Of a stretch of DNA of 64,000 nucleotides, positions 37,056-46,905 are shown piece by piece. Under the pieces are notes generated by a model. The model was not told the origin of the DNA and made no database searches. It saw only the letters and a list, made by a program, of their open reading frames with translations. The first letter of the stretch is position 1; every line of letters begins with the position of its first letter. The position numbers were made by a program, and so were the translations under genes. The stretch is from Escherichia phage MIZ4, in the sequence record OR167180. One strand, given 5' to 3'.

Positions 37056-38724
37056 TCATTTCAGTGAATCGCCCACGTTTAACCATCTTGAGATGACGGC
37101 TAAAATCATCAGGGTTATGGTCACGATGGCTGATAATATACACGTTATCATCTAACTTGTCAATGATGGAATCAAGTGCTTTTACGCCTTGAACGTCCGT
37201 AGCCCCATCATAAATTTCGTCGAGTACCAACAAAGAAATATTAGTACCAGATACCTTACCAGCAACATCACGCCATGTAAAGAGCATCGCAAGGTCAATA
37301 CGTGCTTTTTCTCCTTGACTGAATGATGTATACGAAAACGATTCACGCCCCCGTGATTTAATTGTTTCGTTAAACTCTTCATCTAACGTAAAGATATAAT
37401 CAGCTTCCATGATATCAAGATAATACGCAATCCGATCATTGAAATATGGAATATATTTCTTGACGATAGACGCCTTAACACCGGAATCCTTCAACATTTC
37501 TGTTACAAATCCACGGTGATATTTTTCAAGAACTAGCTTTGATTTTTCATTAGTAATCTCTACCAGTTCGTGTTCCAGTTTAGCAAGTTCTTCGGAATTG
37601 TCAACCCTTTCTTTTTGTAATTCCTGAATTGCTTTCTGGATCTGTTTAGCCCGACCTACAGATGCCGTTAAATTCGCTCTCTGTGACTCTATAGCGCGTT
37701 TAATTTCCAAGACCTTAGTTTGTGCTGTCTGGAAAGAATTGGCCTTCTCTGCGTATTCTACGCGTTTCTCGTCAATCAGAGACAGTTTATGTTCTGCTTG
37801 TGCTTTTTGTTCGCGTACAGCTTGATCATTACCCTGAATGATCGGTTGTGTGCACGTAGGACAGACCCCGCCTTTCTCATGCATATGAATAACACGGTCA
37901 AAGTTCTGGATCTGCGCACCAATCTGTGCGATAGCCGTATTAATTTTAGCCAATGCCGCGCTAGGATCTTCCGGCATAACAACAGCCAATAGCTCATCGG
38001 TCAAGCGCGTTTCTTCGGCTTTAAATGCTTTAGCCGATTCTACCTCTTTATCATACATATTCTGTAAACGCTGGAGATTCTCGGCACTCGCCTTGCTAGC
38101 GTCTTCTATGTACTTTTTATGAGTGTTGATTTGTTGCTGAACGTGATTAGCTTTCATTTCCTGCATTTGGATATTCTGGGTTATCTCGCGCACATACGCT
38201 TTATTCAGTTTATCCATTTCTCCCAATGTGGCAATATCAAGCAAATCCTCGACCAGCTTACGGCGACCCGCTGCCGGAAGACTCATAAACGGAACATAAC
38301 CAGCAGTGCCTAAAACAACGATCTGTTTAAAGCTGGCTAGGTTCATGCCTATGATACCTTCAAAATATTCCTGAAAGTCTTTGGTGCTTGCGCTCTCGTC
38401 GATCTTTTGTCCGTCGCGATGCACTTCGAATACTTCCGGCTTTTGTCCACGTTTAATATAAAATTCTTTCCCGTCCAGTTCAAACCAGACTTCGACTAAC
38501 AGTTTCTTTTTGTTGACGCTGTTAATCAATTGGCCTTTCTTGATACTACGAAACGGTTTACCAAACAATACAAAGCAAAGCGCCTCAATCATGGTCGATT
38601 TACCAGCACCGTTAACACCAGTGATTAGTGTCTTTTTGAATCCGTCTAGCTGAATCTCAACAGGTTCAGCACCCACGCTCATTATATTTTGATAGCGCAA
38701 GGTTTTAAAATTTAACTTTGCCAT
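37042..38724 (-). CDS. 46: Recombination endonuclease subunit gp46 (Rad50/SbcC-like ATPase)
   Basis: Walker A GVNGAGKST; N-terminus MAKLNFKTLRYQNIMSVG matches T4 gp46; Cys hook-like C..C; start set at MAKL. Confidence 0.9.
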   Translation of the reverse strand: MAKLNFKTLRYQNIMSVGAEPVEIQLDGFKKTLITGVNGAGKSTMIEALCFVLFGKPFRSIKKGQLINSVNKKKLLVEVWFELDGKEFYIKRGQKPEVFEVHRDGQKIDESASTKDFQEYFEGIIGMNLASFKQIVVLGTAGYVPFMSLPAAGRRKLVEDLLDIATLGEMDKLNKAYVREITQNIQMQEMKANHVQQQINTHKKYIEDASKASAENLQRLQNMYDKEVESAKAFKAEETRLTDELLAVVMPEDPSAALAKINTAIAQIGAQIQNFDRVIHMHEKGGVCPTCTQPIIQGNDQAVREQKAQAEHKLSLIDEKRVEYAEKANSFQTAQTKVLEIKRAIESQRANLTASVGRAKQIQKAIQELQKERVDNSEELAKLEHELVEITNEKSKLVLEKYHRGFVTEMLKDSGVKASIVKKYIPYFNDRIAYYLDIMEADYIFTLDEEFNETIKSRGRESFSYTSFSQGEKARIDLAMLFTWRDVAGKVSGTNISLLVLDEIYDGATDVQGVKALDSIIDKLDDNVYIISHRDHNPDDFSRHLKMVKRGRFTEMNVNI

Positions 38725-38968
38725 TAATCCACTCCGCAATCACACATTCCATAATATTAAATGCTAACACATCTTCATCAATGTTGTAAACACTTGCCGC
38801 CTTCACTTTAACTAATGTGTCTCTGCGATCTGGCAACATGATCACATAATCCAGTGTCGCCGGATCATATGTCATAAAGGGATCAACATAAATCCCTTTA
38901 TTCAATGCCAGATATTCGCGAAGACCTTCTATAACCCTGTGTCTAAGGTAGGTCATCGATAGAATCAT
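38705..38968 (-). CDS. Hypothetical protein (87 aa)
   Basis: ORF between 46 and 47. Confidence 0.45.
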   Translation of the reverse strand: MILSMTYLRHRVIEGLREYLALNKGIYVDPFMTYDPATLDYVIMLPDRRDTLVKVKAASVYNIDEDVLAFNIMECVIAEWINGKVKF

Positions 38969-39561
38969 TTTAGTTTATGTTCCTCTAAAAATTCTTCAAT
39001 TTCACCTTGCAGGTCTTCCGCTTGTTGTTCCAGAATATCGCGAAATTCACCTACAGTCAAGCGGTAATCACACTTCACTAGTCGATGCGGGAGAATATAC
39101 CCTTTATACATTGTCTCTGACGCTTCCAGGAATACCCCACTATGCATGACAGAGATCCAACCTGTTAGCGTCAATGGAGTATTCGGAAAATAATACTTGC
39201 TGGATTGTTTCCACTGGACGAAAGCACCATATACAATCGGATTATATTCACCAACCACACTCTTAATAATGGATTCTACTTTGTCTTTTACAAAGTCGCC
39301 AATGCCCATAGTCACCATCAACTCTTGTGGGTGAATCACTTTAAGGTAACGACGGTAGCCGTCATCATACCACAGCTTAACCACTGGCTGACCCCACATT
39401 TTAGCAATACGCGCTTTCAGATAACCATAGATCGGATTCTTGTAATATGATTGTTTTAGTGTGTATGCGTGCACCAATTCAATAAAATATTCCATTGCTA
39501 TCGAATCAGGATCAGCCGCGACCATAGTCGTATTCATAATATGTTCCTCGTTCAATTTCAT
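38965..39561 (-). CDS. Hypothetical protein (198 aa; start uncertain)
   Basis: ORF between 46 and 47; N-terminus overlaps the next ORF. Confidence 0.45.
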   Translation of the reverse strand: MKLNEEHIMNTTMVAADPDSIAMEYFIELVHAYTLKQSYYKNPIYGYLKARIAKMWGQPVVKLWYDDGYRRYLKVIHPQELMVTMGIGDFVKDKVESIIKSVVGEYNPIVYGAFVQWKQSSKYYFPNTPLTLTGWISVMHSGVFLEASETMYKGYILPHRLVKCDYRLTVGEFRDILEQQAEDLQGEIEEFLEEHKLK

Positions 39562-39829
39562 ATTGTTTCAGGTCTTCTAAAAGTTCATCCACTGCTTGTT
39601 TCAGTGTATGACGCAGCGTAAAGTAATAGCTTTCATCAAATTCTATTTCCGCGCGAGGAATAGAGCGAATCTTACACTTAACAGTAGTATCGGTGAGTCG
39701 CTTTTCGACCATCATCCGAACTTCTTCATGCTCTTTGGAATACCATACATCAACGGAGATTCCCTTACGGCGAGCGAACATAGGCAACGCTGCATTAAAT
39801 TCCATTACTTTTTGTGCAAGTGTTTTCAT
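39512..39829 (-). CDS. Hypothetical protein (105 aa)
   Basis: ORF between 46 and 47. Confidence 0.4.
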   Translation of the reverse strand: MKTLAQKVMEFNAALPMFARRKGISVDVWYSKEHEEVRMMVEKRLTDTTVKCKIRSIPRAEIEFDESYYFTLRHTLKQAVDELLEDLKQYEIERGTYYEYDYGRG

Positions 39830-40089
39830 CGTACAGACTCCATAGATCCACGGGCAATTACATTCTGGGTAATATCAGCAATCTTACGGGATACGATATT
39901 TGTTAGCCCCTCTTTGGTGATATTTTCACGATCAAATGGGATTTCGTCATGAGTCCATAAACCATAGTTAGACCGAAATGATAGCATATACTGACCATCT
40001 CGCACAACCTCAAATACATGGATCTTAGTGAATTTCGATAAACCTTCGTTGATTTCTTTCAGTGCATTAGTAATCATAACAACCTCCAA
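39826..40089 (-). CDS. Hypothetical protein (87 aa)
   Basis: ORF preceded by promoter. Confidence 0.45.
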   Translation of the reverse strand: MEVVMITNALKEINEGLSKFTKIHVFEVVRDGQYMLSFRSNYGLWTHDEIPFDRENITKEGLTNIVSRKIADITQNVIARGSMESVR

Positions 40090-40102
40090 TCAATTTTTAT
40101 AG

Positions 40103-40131
40103 AGTATAACGGGGATTTCTCCCCGCGTCAA
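40103..40131 (-). promoter_or_regulatory. Sigma70-like early promoter (TTGACG-17-TATACT) with CGGGGAGAAATCCCCG spacer hairpin
   Basis: Minus-strand motif; palindrome lies exactly between -35 and -10. Confidence 0.5.
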
Positions 40132-41166
40132 CTAACTTTTTGCGCTATTTACTTCGGCTAAAAGTTCATCAGAAATACGCTTGACCGCCGCAAGTTCTTC
40201 CGGTTCTAGGTTTTGTTCTTCCAGATATTCATAGACCATCTGAATAGTGCTTTTAACTTCAATAACACCTGTTTCCTGTGATGCGCTACTCTCCAGCTTA
40301 TGGACCACTTTTAGCTTGTGTACAACGGCCTCTAACGCGCTTTCTAACTTAGTTAACCCATTATCAGCGACCGTTGCGATAAGACGCACACTAAGCCCCT
40401 TAAAGCGTTCTACATCGATTTTATCATCTGACGGGTAAGTGATACGCACATGATAAGTTTTGTCATTCTGGATAAACTCTTTTTTGTGTGTATCGGTATC
40501 GAATACCCAAAACCCACGCGGATCGTTTTCGTCACCCGCCGTTAGTGTGTATGGTGTACCTATATACGTTACGTTACCGCCATCACTGATAGTATGAAAG
40601 TGACCCGAAAACACTTCACGGTATTTCTTTAGGAAGTCCGCGCTATAACCTTCGGATTTTAGCCCTTTATAGAAATAGTAACCGGACAATTCCCAATGGC
40701 CTACACAATATTCGCTGAATGAGTTTTGAATAAACTCTAAAATCTCTGATTTATTGTCATCACAAAACCACGGGAACAGATCAAATGATACACCATCAAA
40801 GGTGACTGTTTCCGGCTTATCAATAACCTTAATGCAATCATACTGGCTTAACACTTCACGCGGTGCGTTAGGCTGGATCTTGTTTCGTTTAAACATATCA
40901 TGATTCCCAACCGTGATATAACAAGTAATACCAGCCTCTTCCAGTAGCGGGATGATTTTCGTTCTATTAAAACGCATAGTTGCATGTGTGATTGCTTTTC
41001 GGCAATCAAACCAGTCCCCTGTCTGAATCCATGCCTTAATATTATGTTTTTTTGAATAATCGACTGCCTTTTTAATAGTATCAAGAATATACTCATGTAT
41101 CCACGGATCATCGTTGCCGATACCAGTATGCAGATCACCCAAAAGCAAAATTTTCATATTATACAT
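40132..41166 (-). CDS. 47: Recombination endonuclease subunit gp47 (Mre11/SbcD-like phosphoesterase)
   Basis: Metallophosphatase motifs LLGDLH, GDWFD, GNHD; blocks shared with T4 gp47 (GHWEL.G, SGHFHTIS, TAGDENDPRGFW). Confidence 0.9.
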   Translation of the reverse strand: MYNMKILLLGDLHTGIGNDDPWIHEYILDTIKKAVDYSKKHNIKAWIQTGDWFDCRKAITHATMRFNRTKIIPLLEEAGITCYITVGNHDMFKRNKIQPNAPREVLSQYDCIKVIDKPETVTFDGVSFDLFPWFCDDNKSEILEFIQNSFSEYCVGHWELSGYYFYKGLKSEGYSADFLKKYREVFSGHFHTISDGGNVTYIGTPYTLTAGDENDPRGFWVFDTDTHKKEFIQNDKTYHVRITYPSDDKIDVERFKGLSVRLIATVADNGLTKLESALEAVVHKLKVVHKLESSASQETGVIEVKSTIQMVYEYLEEQNLEPEELAAVKRISDELLAEVNSAKS

Positions 41167-41172
41167 AATCTC

Positions 41173-41727
41173 CTAAAAATTTTTAACACCATATTCACCA
41201 AAATAAAGATCAACCGCTTTGTCATAAGCTCTGGCCGCATCTTCTTCGTTGACATAATACCCAAGAGATATTAGTTTATCATTATTTCGTATTCTTGCAA
41301 CCCATTTCTTCGTATGTTTATGCCAGCTAACCCCTTTATACTTGCTTGCTTTATTCTTGTACTTTCCAACGTTACAAGCATTTTTCTTTGCGTCGGACTC
41401 TCTAAGATTGCGTGGTGCGTTGTTTAAAGGATTTCGGTCTATATGATCTATAATTTCTGGTTGTGTTCCATGCTCAAGAAACCATACAATACGATGTACA
41501 TATGGCTTTAAAACCCTCCCATTATCCATAACAATTGCAATTTGGAGATGATCCTGACTTTTAAAAGTTTTTACTTTATCTCCTGCCTTATAAAACTTTC
41601 CTTCGTAATTCTTTCCTCCGGCTCGGCTATTCTTTAAATGATAAAGAATACCATCGTCGTCATGTCTATATCTTTCTCGTATAATTCGTTGCGTTTCTTC
41701 ATCCCACAATTTGGAACGTCTACTCAT
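41173..41727 (-). CDS. HNH homing endonuclease with AP2 DNA-binding domain
   Basis: HNH core HRIVWFLEHG..IDHIDRNPLNN..N; C-terminal AP2-like YKGVSWHKHTKKWVARIRN..LGYYVNEEDAARAYD; sits where T4 has alpha-gt. Confidence 0.7.
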   Translation of the reverse strand: MSRRSKLWDEETQRIIRERYRHDDDGILYHLKNSRAGGKNYEGKFYKAGDKVKTFKSQDHLQIAIVMDNGRVLKPYVHRIVWFLEHGTQPEIIDHIDRNPLNNAPRNLRESDAKKNACNVGKYKNKASKYKGVSWHKHTKKWVARIRNNDKLISLGYYVNEEDAARAYDKAVDLYFGEYGVKNF

Positions 41728-41770
41728 AGTCTCTTCCTCTCTTCGTTTTCGATGCTCTCACTATATCACA

Positions 41771-41794
41771 GAAAAATAAAAAGGGAAACCCCTT
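41771..41794 (-). terminator. Terminator-like hairpin (AAGGG-AAAC-CCCTT) with T-run on the minus strand
   Basis: Inverted repeat and flanking A/T-run read in sequence. Confidence 0.35.
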
Positions 41795-41817
41795 TCAGAG
41801 TCTCCCTTATAAAGCCA

Positions 41818-42105
41818 TTACAGCATACTTAATACCGTTTGCCGTGTACTAATCCACATAGCAGAAAGCAGTTCTGGTGTGTGTGGCTGTTTGTAGATAT
41901 CACGTAATTTTCCGATAGCGTAGATATACGCATCACGATTATCATCGATGATAGCTTGCTCAGCCCACCGCTTAAGTCGTGCAATCTCTCGCGAGTTCTT
42001 ACGCAAGATCTTTTCCGCTTTCTTAGCGGCTTTAGCCTCTAGTTCTGCTTGTACTTTGTCTACTTCATTCACTGCAATCTTGTCATGCTGTTCATTGCAA
42101 GTCAT
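41818..42105 (-). CDS. Hypothetical protein (95 aa)
   Basis: ORF downstream of 55. Confidence 0.45.
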   Translation of the reverse strand: MTCNEQHDKIAVNEVDKVQAELEAKAAKKAEKILRKNSREIARLKRWAEQAIIDDNRDAYIYAIGKLRDIYKQPHTPELLSAMWISTRQTVLSML

Positions 42106-42106
42106 A

Positions 42107-42340
42107 TTATTTTACCTCTGGGATATAATCAATTATTAAAGAAAATTCATCTTCTGATACATTATAGCTATGTGAGATTGTACCCGTCAAGACCTCAAGA
42201 TCCGGTGATTTGATATTGCACGGATCGATAATCACCGGAACGCCGCAATCTCTCAAAAATAATTTGGCGAAATACGGCACAAGGTCAGTTTCAAACTCTG
42301 CTTCTTCCAGCAAACGGGAAATGTTAATTTTCAATCTCAT
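42107..42340 (-). CDS. Hypothetical protein (77 aa)
   Basis: ORF downstream of 55. Confidence 0.4.
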   Translation of the reverse strand: MRLKINISRLLEEAEFETDLVPYFAKLFLRDCGVPVIIDPCNIKSPDLEVLTGTISHSYNVSEDEFSLIIDYIPEVK

Positions 42341-42857
42341 AAAATTGGTCCAGGCTAGGCAATTCCTCGGTCAATACATCTTCAACCTTTGGCGCTTTCG
42401 GTTTATTGACCGATTCCTCGTAGTTGTTGATTTTATCGTAAATGTCCTGTATGAATGCCTCATCAGCAATCTGGCACATATCAGCGTCGCGTTCGTCATA
42501 TACATGATGCACAAAATATTTGTATTTTGCGGCTGTCGCTGTTCTTTCTTTTTTAATGCGCTGCACAAAAGCATTAAAGCACGCTTGCGTGATGTAAGCA
42601 TGAGGATTTTTATACTTTGTCTCGTCAAAATTAATCAAACCCTTGACCGCCGCTTCGATTCCATCGTCGATCATTTCTTCGCGCCATGTTTGACTATAGC
42701 CAGAAAAGTTAAAACGCCGTGATAGATTTTTAGAGATTTGCATAATTGCCAGGCCGATTTGGTCACTCATTGGCACTTGCCGACCTTCTGCTGCAATTCG
42801 TTGTTTCCAACGGCAAATTTCTTCGTAAAGCTCTTTATTGTTTACATAATCAGACAC
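42324..42857 (-). CDS. 55: Late sigma factor gp55
   Basis: 177 aa; long near-identical block to T4 gp55 ([57 protein letters not shown]). Confidence 0.95.
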   Translation of the reverse strand: MSDYVNNKELYEEICRWKQRIAAEGRQVPMSDQIGLAIMQISKNLSRRFNFSGYSQTWREEMIDDGIEAAVKGLINFDETKYKNPHAYITQACFNAFVQRIKKERTATAAKYKYFVHHVYDERDADMCQIADEAFIQDIYDKINNYEESVNKPKAPKVEDVLTEELPSLDQFYEIEN

Positions 42858-42897
42858 TTCGCACCCTCGCTATTATTTAGGAAATAACCCTTTCGGG

Positions 42898-44367
42898 CTA
42901 TTCCCCATTACCATTATACTTTCTTTGCTTAGTTATCCACACTCTAACCATCTCTACTGATTCACCGTCAGAGGGATCAAGAGTTTTTCCTTTTTTCTTC
43001 ATGCGGTACTTAAATCCGTTAAATCTTGCATTCTCTTGCTCGTTAAAGTCGAACATCTTTTTAAATGATTTTCTCCCTTTACGCTCACCGCATTCTAGCG
43101 GAATCATTCGGTCTGTTATTACATTGGCATTAGGTAGAAACGTTTTTAGATAATCTACCAACGCCCAATCAGGAACATATAGATTAACATTCTCCTTGCT
43201 CTCGTTGTCTCTCAGGTTACAACGCAAACATAATTGAAATGCTGGTTCCAGATAATCAGACACATGACGCGCTTTCAAAAACTCATTTGTCGGGAGATCA
43301 CAACTATTAGCAAGACCTTTTAAAATATCAATCTCCCATCGTTGAGGGTTAAAGCTGAACATCACAGCAACATTTTTATGATGAATGTAAGAGTTAAGAC
43401 CATAAGATCCGTAAGGTATCCGCTCACCAATACCATTTGTACACGCTTCACGGTCCCGATTCACGGTATAAATGAAGTCATCACCACATTCATTTTTAAC
43501 CATATCAACCAGACGTTCAAAGGTATTGTTTGTTTCTGACTGGTGACGCGACCATCGTTCGGAGTCCGTCATAAGGATGATGTTAACTCTATCTGTATTT
43601 TTATACTCTTTGAAATATAGTCTGGATTCTAGCGCACTCGGAACAAAATCGCAATTTGCATAGTATCGTAGATACTTCCCACTATATGTATCAAAGAGAT
43701 TTGCACATGCTATCGTAACCTTTTTAAAGTCTCCCCACGTACCGTGTTTGTTATCGTTCAAGAAAACAATTTTCGACCCATTCTTCCGGTGGCCTTCGTT
43801 ATGTTTTACCATAACGTTGATTTTCTTCTCTAATAACGCCTCATAAAGCCCTCTAAGAGAAGAATCGATCATATCAGTACCATCCTTTGCACTTTCTATC
43901 TTTTCTTTGATAGCGGCCTTCTCAGAGTCTTTTAGAACTAAGTTCTGTAGGCATTCCGATTCGTCGGCGATTGGTTCGCAATGCTTCGTGATAAGTTCAA
44001 GATTAGACTTAAACGGATACTCATTAAATTCAACCAGTTGAGGAACTTCATCAATGTAAAGAGCATAATCACCAAACATTTTTGAACGTTCCATATTAGA
44101 TAACGCTGTATGTGTAATGAATATCACATCAGCACCATCTTTAACTGATTGCATTATCGACGCTTGCACTGTCTTAAGGCTTCTTAGTCTTGTGCTATCA
44201 ATCAAGACAGCACGACCGCCCATTCTTTTAAACTTATTGTAAGATTGTTCACTTAAAACACGAGATGGCGAAGCAATAACCGCTTTTTCTTTTGTCTCTA
44301 GGACGTGGGAAAGTATAGCATCAGTTTTCCCCGCCGCTGGCAATGCGATTAATGTTTCAATCTTCAT
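42898..44367 (-). CDS. P-loop NTPase / helicase-like protein of unknown function (489 aa)
   Basis: Walker A-like ALPAAGKT at residues 8-15, Walker B-like LYIDEV ~100 aa downstream; Cys/His-rich basic C-terminal half; no confident family assignment. Confidence 0.55.
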   Translation of the reverse strand: MKIETLIALPAAGKTDAILSHVLETKEKAVIASPSRVLSEQSYNKFKRMGGRAVLIDSTRLRSLKTVQASIMQSVKDGADVIFITHTALSNMERSKMFGDYALYIDEVPQLVEFNEYPFKSNLELITKHCEPIADESECLQNLVLKDSEKAAIKEKIESAKDGTDMIDSSLRGLYEALLEKKINVMVKHNEGHRKNGSKIVFLNDNKHGTWGDFKKVTIACANLFDTYSGKYLRYYANCDFVPSALESRLYFKEYKNTDRVNIILMTDSERWSRHQSETNNTFERLVDMVKNECGDDFIYTVNRDREACTNGIGERIPYGSYGLNSYIHHKNVAVMFSFNPQRWEIDILKGLANSCDLPTNEFLKARHVSDYLEPAFQLCLRCNLRDNESKENVNLYVPDWALVDYLKTFLPNANVITDRMIPLECGERKGRKSFKKMFDFNEQENARFNGFKYRMKKKGKTLDPSDGESVEMVRVWITKQRKYNGNGE

Positions 44368-44672
44368 TAGAAACCCTTACGTCGTGCTTTCTGGCATTTC
44401 TTGATCATTTTATCAGAAATTTCGCGCTTAGGTGCAATCTCTTTCACACCGAAAGCACTAATGCCAAATTCAGAGAGAATATATTCAACTAACAATTCAC
44501 GCACACGCGCTTTACCGATATTCACGCCGTTATTTTTCAGATATGTCTGGCCTTCGACTTGCATCAGATCTAAATCAGCGTCGGTAATATTGATTTCTTC
44601 CATGCGCCCAAATCGAGAATAAACCATGTGTGCGATTGCATTGTGTACTAACATAATATATTCCTCACTCAA
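44367..44672 (-). CDS. Hypothetical protein (101 aa)
   Basis: ORF whose stop abuts the NTPase start. Confidence 0.45.
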   Translation of the reverse strand: MSEEYIMLVHNAIAHMVYSRFGRMEEINITDADLDLMQVEGQTYLKNNGVNIGKARVRELLVEYILSEFGISAFGVKEIAPKREISDKMIKKCQKARRKGF

Positions 44673-44675
44673 GAA

Positions 44676-44834
44676 TTACTTAATGATACTTACTTTACCA
44701 GATCCATGACAATGAGCGCAACACCCATCACCACGCAATCCTGTTCCGTTACAGTGTTTACACTTCTTCAACGGTAAAGCCATTATAGCAAATAAAGCAA
44801 TAATGAACACCGAAACTAAATTCTCAATAATCAT
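44676..44834 (-). CDS. Small membrane peptide with tandem CxxCxGxG (DnaJ-type) zinc-finger motifs (52 aa)
   Basis: Hand-translated MIIENLVSVFIIALFAIMALPLKKCKHCNGTGLRGDGCCAHCHGSGKVSIIK; not in ORF track (<60 aa). Confidence 0.4.
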   Translation of the reverse strand: MIIENLVSVFIIALFAIMALPLKKCKHCNGTGLRGDGCCAHCHGSGKVSIIK

Positions 44835-45093
44835 AAATCTCCCTCAGTTCTTTATAGCCTCCAATGTGCTCGTTGTCAATGAATATCTGGGGGTATACAA
44901 ATCGGAGGCTCTTTGAGTTCAGCCTCCCCGCCAGTTCTTCAATCATATCACGGTCGGGAATAATGTCAACCCCAACCTGCTTGAATACTGGTTTAAGTGT
45001 ATACGGAATACCCAGATCATCCAGTAGCTTCATTGCACTAATACAACCATAACAATGATAAGCCTCTTTCGGTATGCCGTATATCTCGATCAT
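44824..45093 (-). CDS. Glutaredoxin/NrdH-like redoxin
   Basis: 89 aa; CYGC active-site motif near the N-terminus; thioredoxin-fold pattern. Confidence 0.6.
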   Translation of the reverse strand: MIEIYGIPKEAYHCYGCISAMKLLDDLGIPYTLKPVFKQVGVDIIPDRDMIEELAGRLNSKSLRFVYPQIFIDNEHIGGYKELREIYDY

Positions 45094-45611
45094 TTCTCAG
45101 CCTTTAATCTTTCTAGTTCTTCTTCCAGTTCCTTGATCCGTTGGTCACGTTCAAAGTCACGCTGCAACTTAGTGGCGAATACTCGTTTAAACTGATTGTA
45201 ATCATCGATTTTAAACACTTCTTCTTCGCCATAGCGACGCACAGAAACTTCGTAGTTGTTGAAAAATTGTTCCAACATTGCATCAGTAGTCAGTTCTGAC
45301 GACACCACTTTAAAATAACGTTCTTCGGATTGCAAAAACCAGTTGTGCGCGTATTCCCGTACATCATCAACATCTCGACAGGTGTATGTTTTTCCATCAA
45401 TTTCAATCGCAGAAACATATTCGATATCTGATGCAATTTTTTCAAAAGCGATAACTTTAAATGTACGGTCACCGATAAAGTCTGCTATTGCATCATTTGC
45501 AACACTGGTTGCAAAGGCTTTCCGCGCTCGCTCGTTTTTCCACTGATAGGTCATACCAACAACAAACATATTACCATCAACAAACATATTACCATCCTCG
45601 CTCTTTACCAA
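45090..45611 (-). CDS. Paralog family A member (173 aa; true start possibly internal)
   Basis: N-terminal G(K/M)TY.WK motif; DGNMFV repeat from an 18-bp tandem duplication; C-terminal coiled coil. Confidence 0.45.
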   Translation of the reverse strand: MVKSEDGNMFVDGNMFVVGMTYQWKNERARKAFATSVANDAIADFIGDRTFKVIAFEKIASDIEYVSAIEIDGKTYTCRDVDDVREYAHNWFLQSEERYFKVVSSELTTDAMLEQFFNNYEVSVRRYGEEEVFKIDDYNQFKRVFATKLQRDFERDQRIKELEEELERLKAEK

Positions 45612-46413
45612 TCAAAAATTCAACTTCACGACGTTTAATGTCTTCTTGAAGGTCTTTAATCTTCTGGCGATCTTGCATTATTTCGTCCATCTTGTCAAGT
45701 GCTGCGATGAAATCATCGAAACGTTCAAAGGTTTTACCTTCATTTGCTTCGCCAAATTTAACCATTGTCAGGCCGTAACGACTACTAAACAGACGTTTCA
45801 ACTGTCCAACGATTTTAGAATCAGTGGTTATAACTTCCAATTCTTCTACTTCACGAAAGAATTTTCTATCAGAATCAATAAACCAGCTAGTTCCTTTATG
45901 GTTGCTATCTTCGGTTGCACTCATTAGAGTATGGTCTTTACCATCAATTTCAATTACATCAATTTGCCCACATGGACGAACATTTTTAACAGTAAAAGGT
46001 CTATAATTTATTGCTCGTGCAATAACATAATTAAGATTAGATACGTTTTCAGCATAATGGCAGAAGTCGGTCATAGCATTCACGTCTTTCCAAGTATAAG
46101 TTTTACCAACTTCCCATTTCTGGGGAACTTCTTCAACTTCACGAAAGAATTTTCTATCGAATGGACTAAAGAAATATGTTGCAGTCCAAATGTCTTTTCC
46201 TGTAGCAGTTTTCGCCGTATGATAAACACCGTCTAGCTCTATTGCATTAATCCAACCGTTGCCATCGATCTCGATGATGGTAAATGGCTTGTCACCAATA
46301 GCTGCACTAATATCGCTGTTAAGTGGAGAAAGAACACCTTCTCCGTTAGTAATAAACTCAGTTTTAGCGTTTACATCTTTCCAAGTGTAAGTTTTACCAA
46401 TTTCCCATTTCAT
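45589..46413 (-). CDS. Paralog family A member with internal domain duplication (274 aa)
   Basis: Two copies of KWE.GKTYTWKDVNA..DRKFFREVEE module. Confidence 0.5.
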   Translation of the reverse strand: MKWEIGKTYTWKDVNAKTEFITNGEGVLSPLNSDISAAIGDKPFTIIEIDGNGWINAIELDGVYHTAKTATGKDIWTATYFFSPFDRKFFREVEEVPQKWEVGKTYTWKDVNAMTDFCHYAENVSNLNYVIARAINYRPFTVKNVRPCGQIDVIEIDGKDHTLMSATEDSNHKGTSWFIDSDRKFFREVEELEVITTDSKIVGQLKRLFSSRYGLTMVKFGEANEGKTFERFDDFIAALDKMDEIMQDRQKIKDLQEDIKRREVEFLIGKERGW

Positions 46414-46425
46414 AATATATTCCCC

Positions 46426-46905
46426 TTAACCGATTTTATCAAGTTCGTTTAATGCTTTCTCAGCTTCCTGTATAGCTTGCACCCTTTCCGGCATTTTGTC
46501 AAGAAAATCTTTCAACTCTTCAAAACTGGAGATATGACGCAAGGCATTAGCACCGATAGCCGCATGTGATTTGCATTCAAAGCGAATTTTATAATTATCC
46601 ATAGCCAATTTGAGAAGATCAATTAATTTAGATTCTTCTGGAATAATAATTTCTTCAAATCTGCTACGGTCATGATCCAGAAACCAACAAGATAGACCTA
46701 CATCGGTTGAACTCATATAAGTTCCATCATGAAGATAAACAGACCGCACGTATCCTTTTTTCGCATCAACCGACGCAACTTTAAACGGTAATCGCAGATA
46801 TTTCAAATAATCAACATCATACCATTTAAAAAATTGATTTGCATCTTTTACATCTTTCCACGCATAGGTCTTACCAGCTTCCCATTTCATAATATCATCT
46901 CTCAT
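46426..46905 (-). CDS. Paralog family A member (159 aa)
   Basis: MKWEAGKTYAWKDV.. N-terminus shared with neighbours. Confidence 0.5.
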   Translation of the reverse strand: MRDDIMKWEAGKTYAWKDVKDANQFFKWYDVDYLKYLRLPFKVASVDAKKGYVRSVYLHDGTYMSSTDVGLSCWFLDHDRSRFEEIIIPEESKLIDLLKLAMDNYKIRFECKSHAAIGANALRHISSFEELKDFLDKMPERVQAIQEAEKALNELDKIG

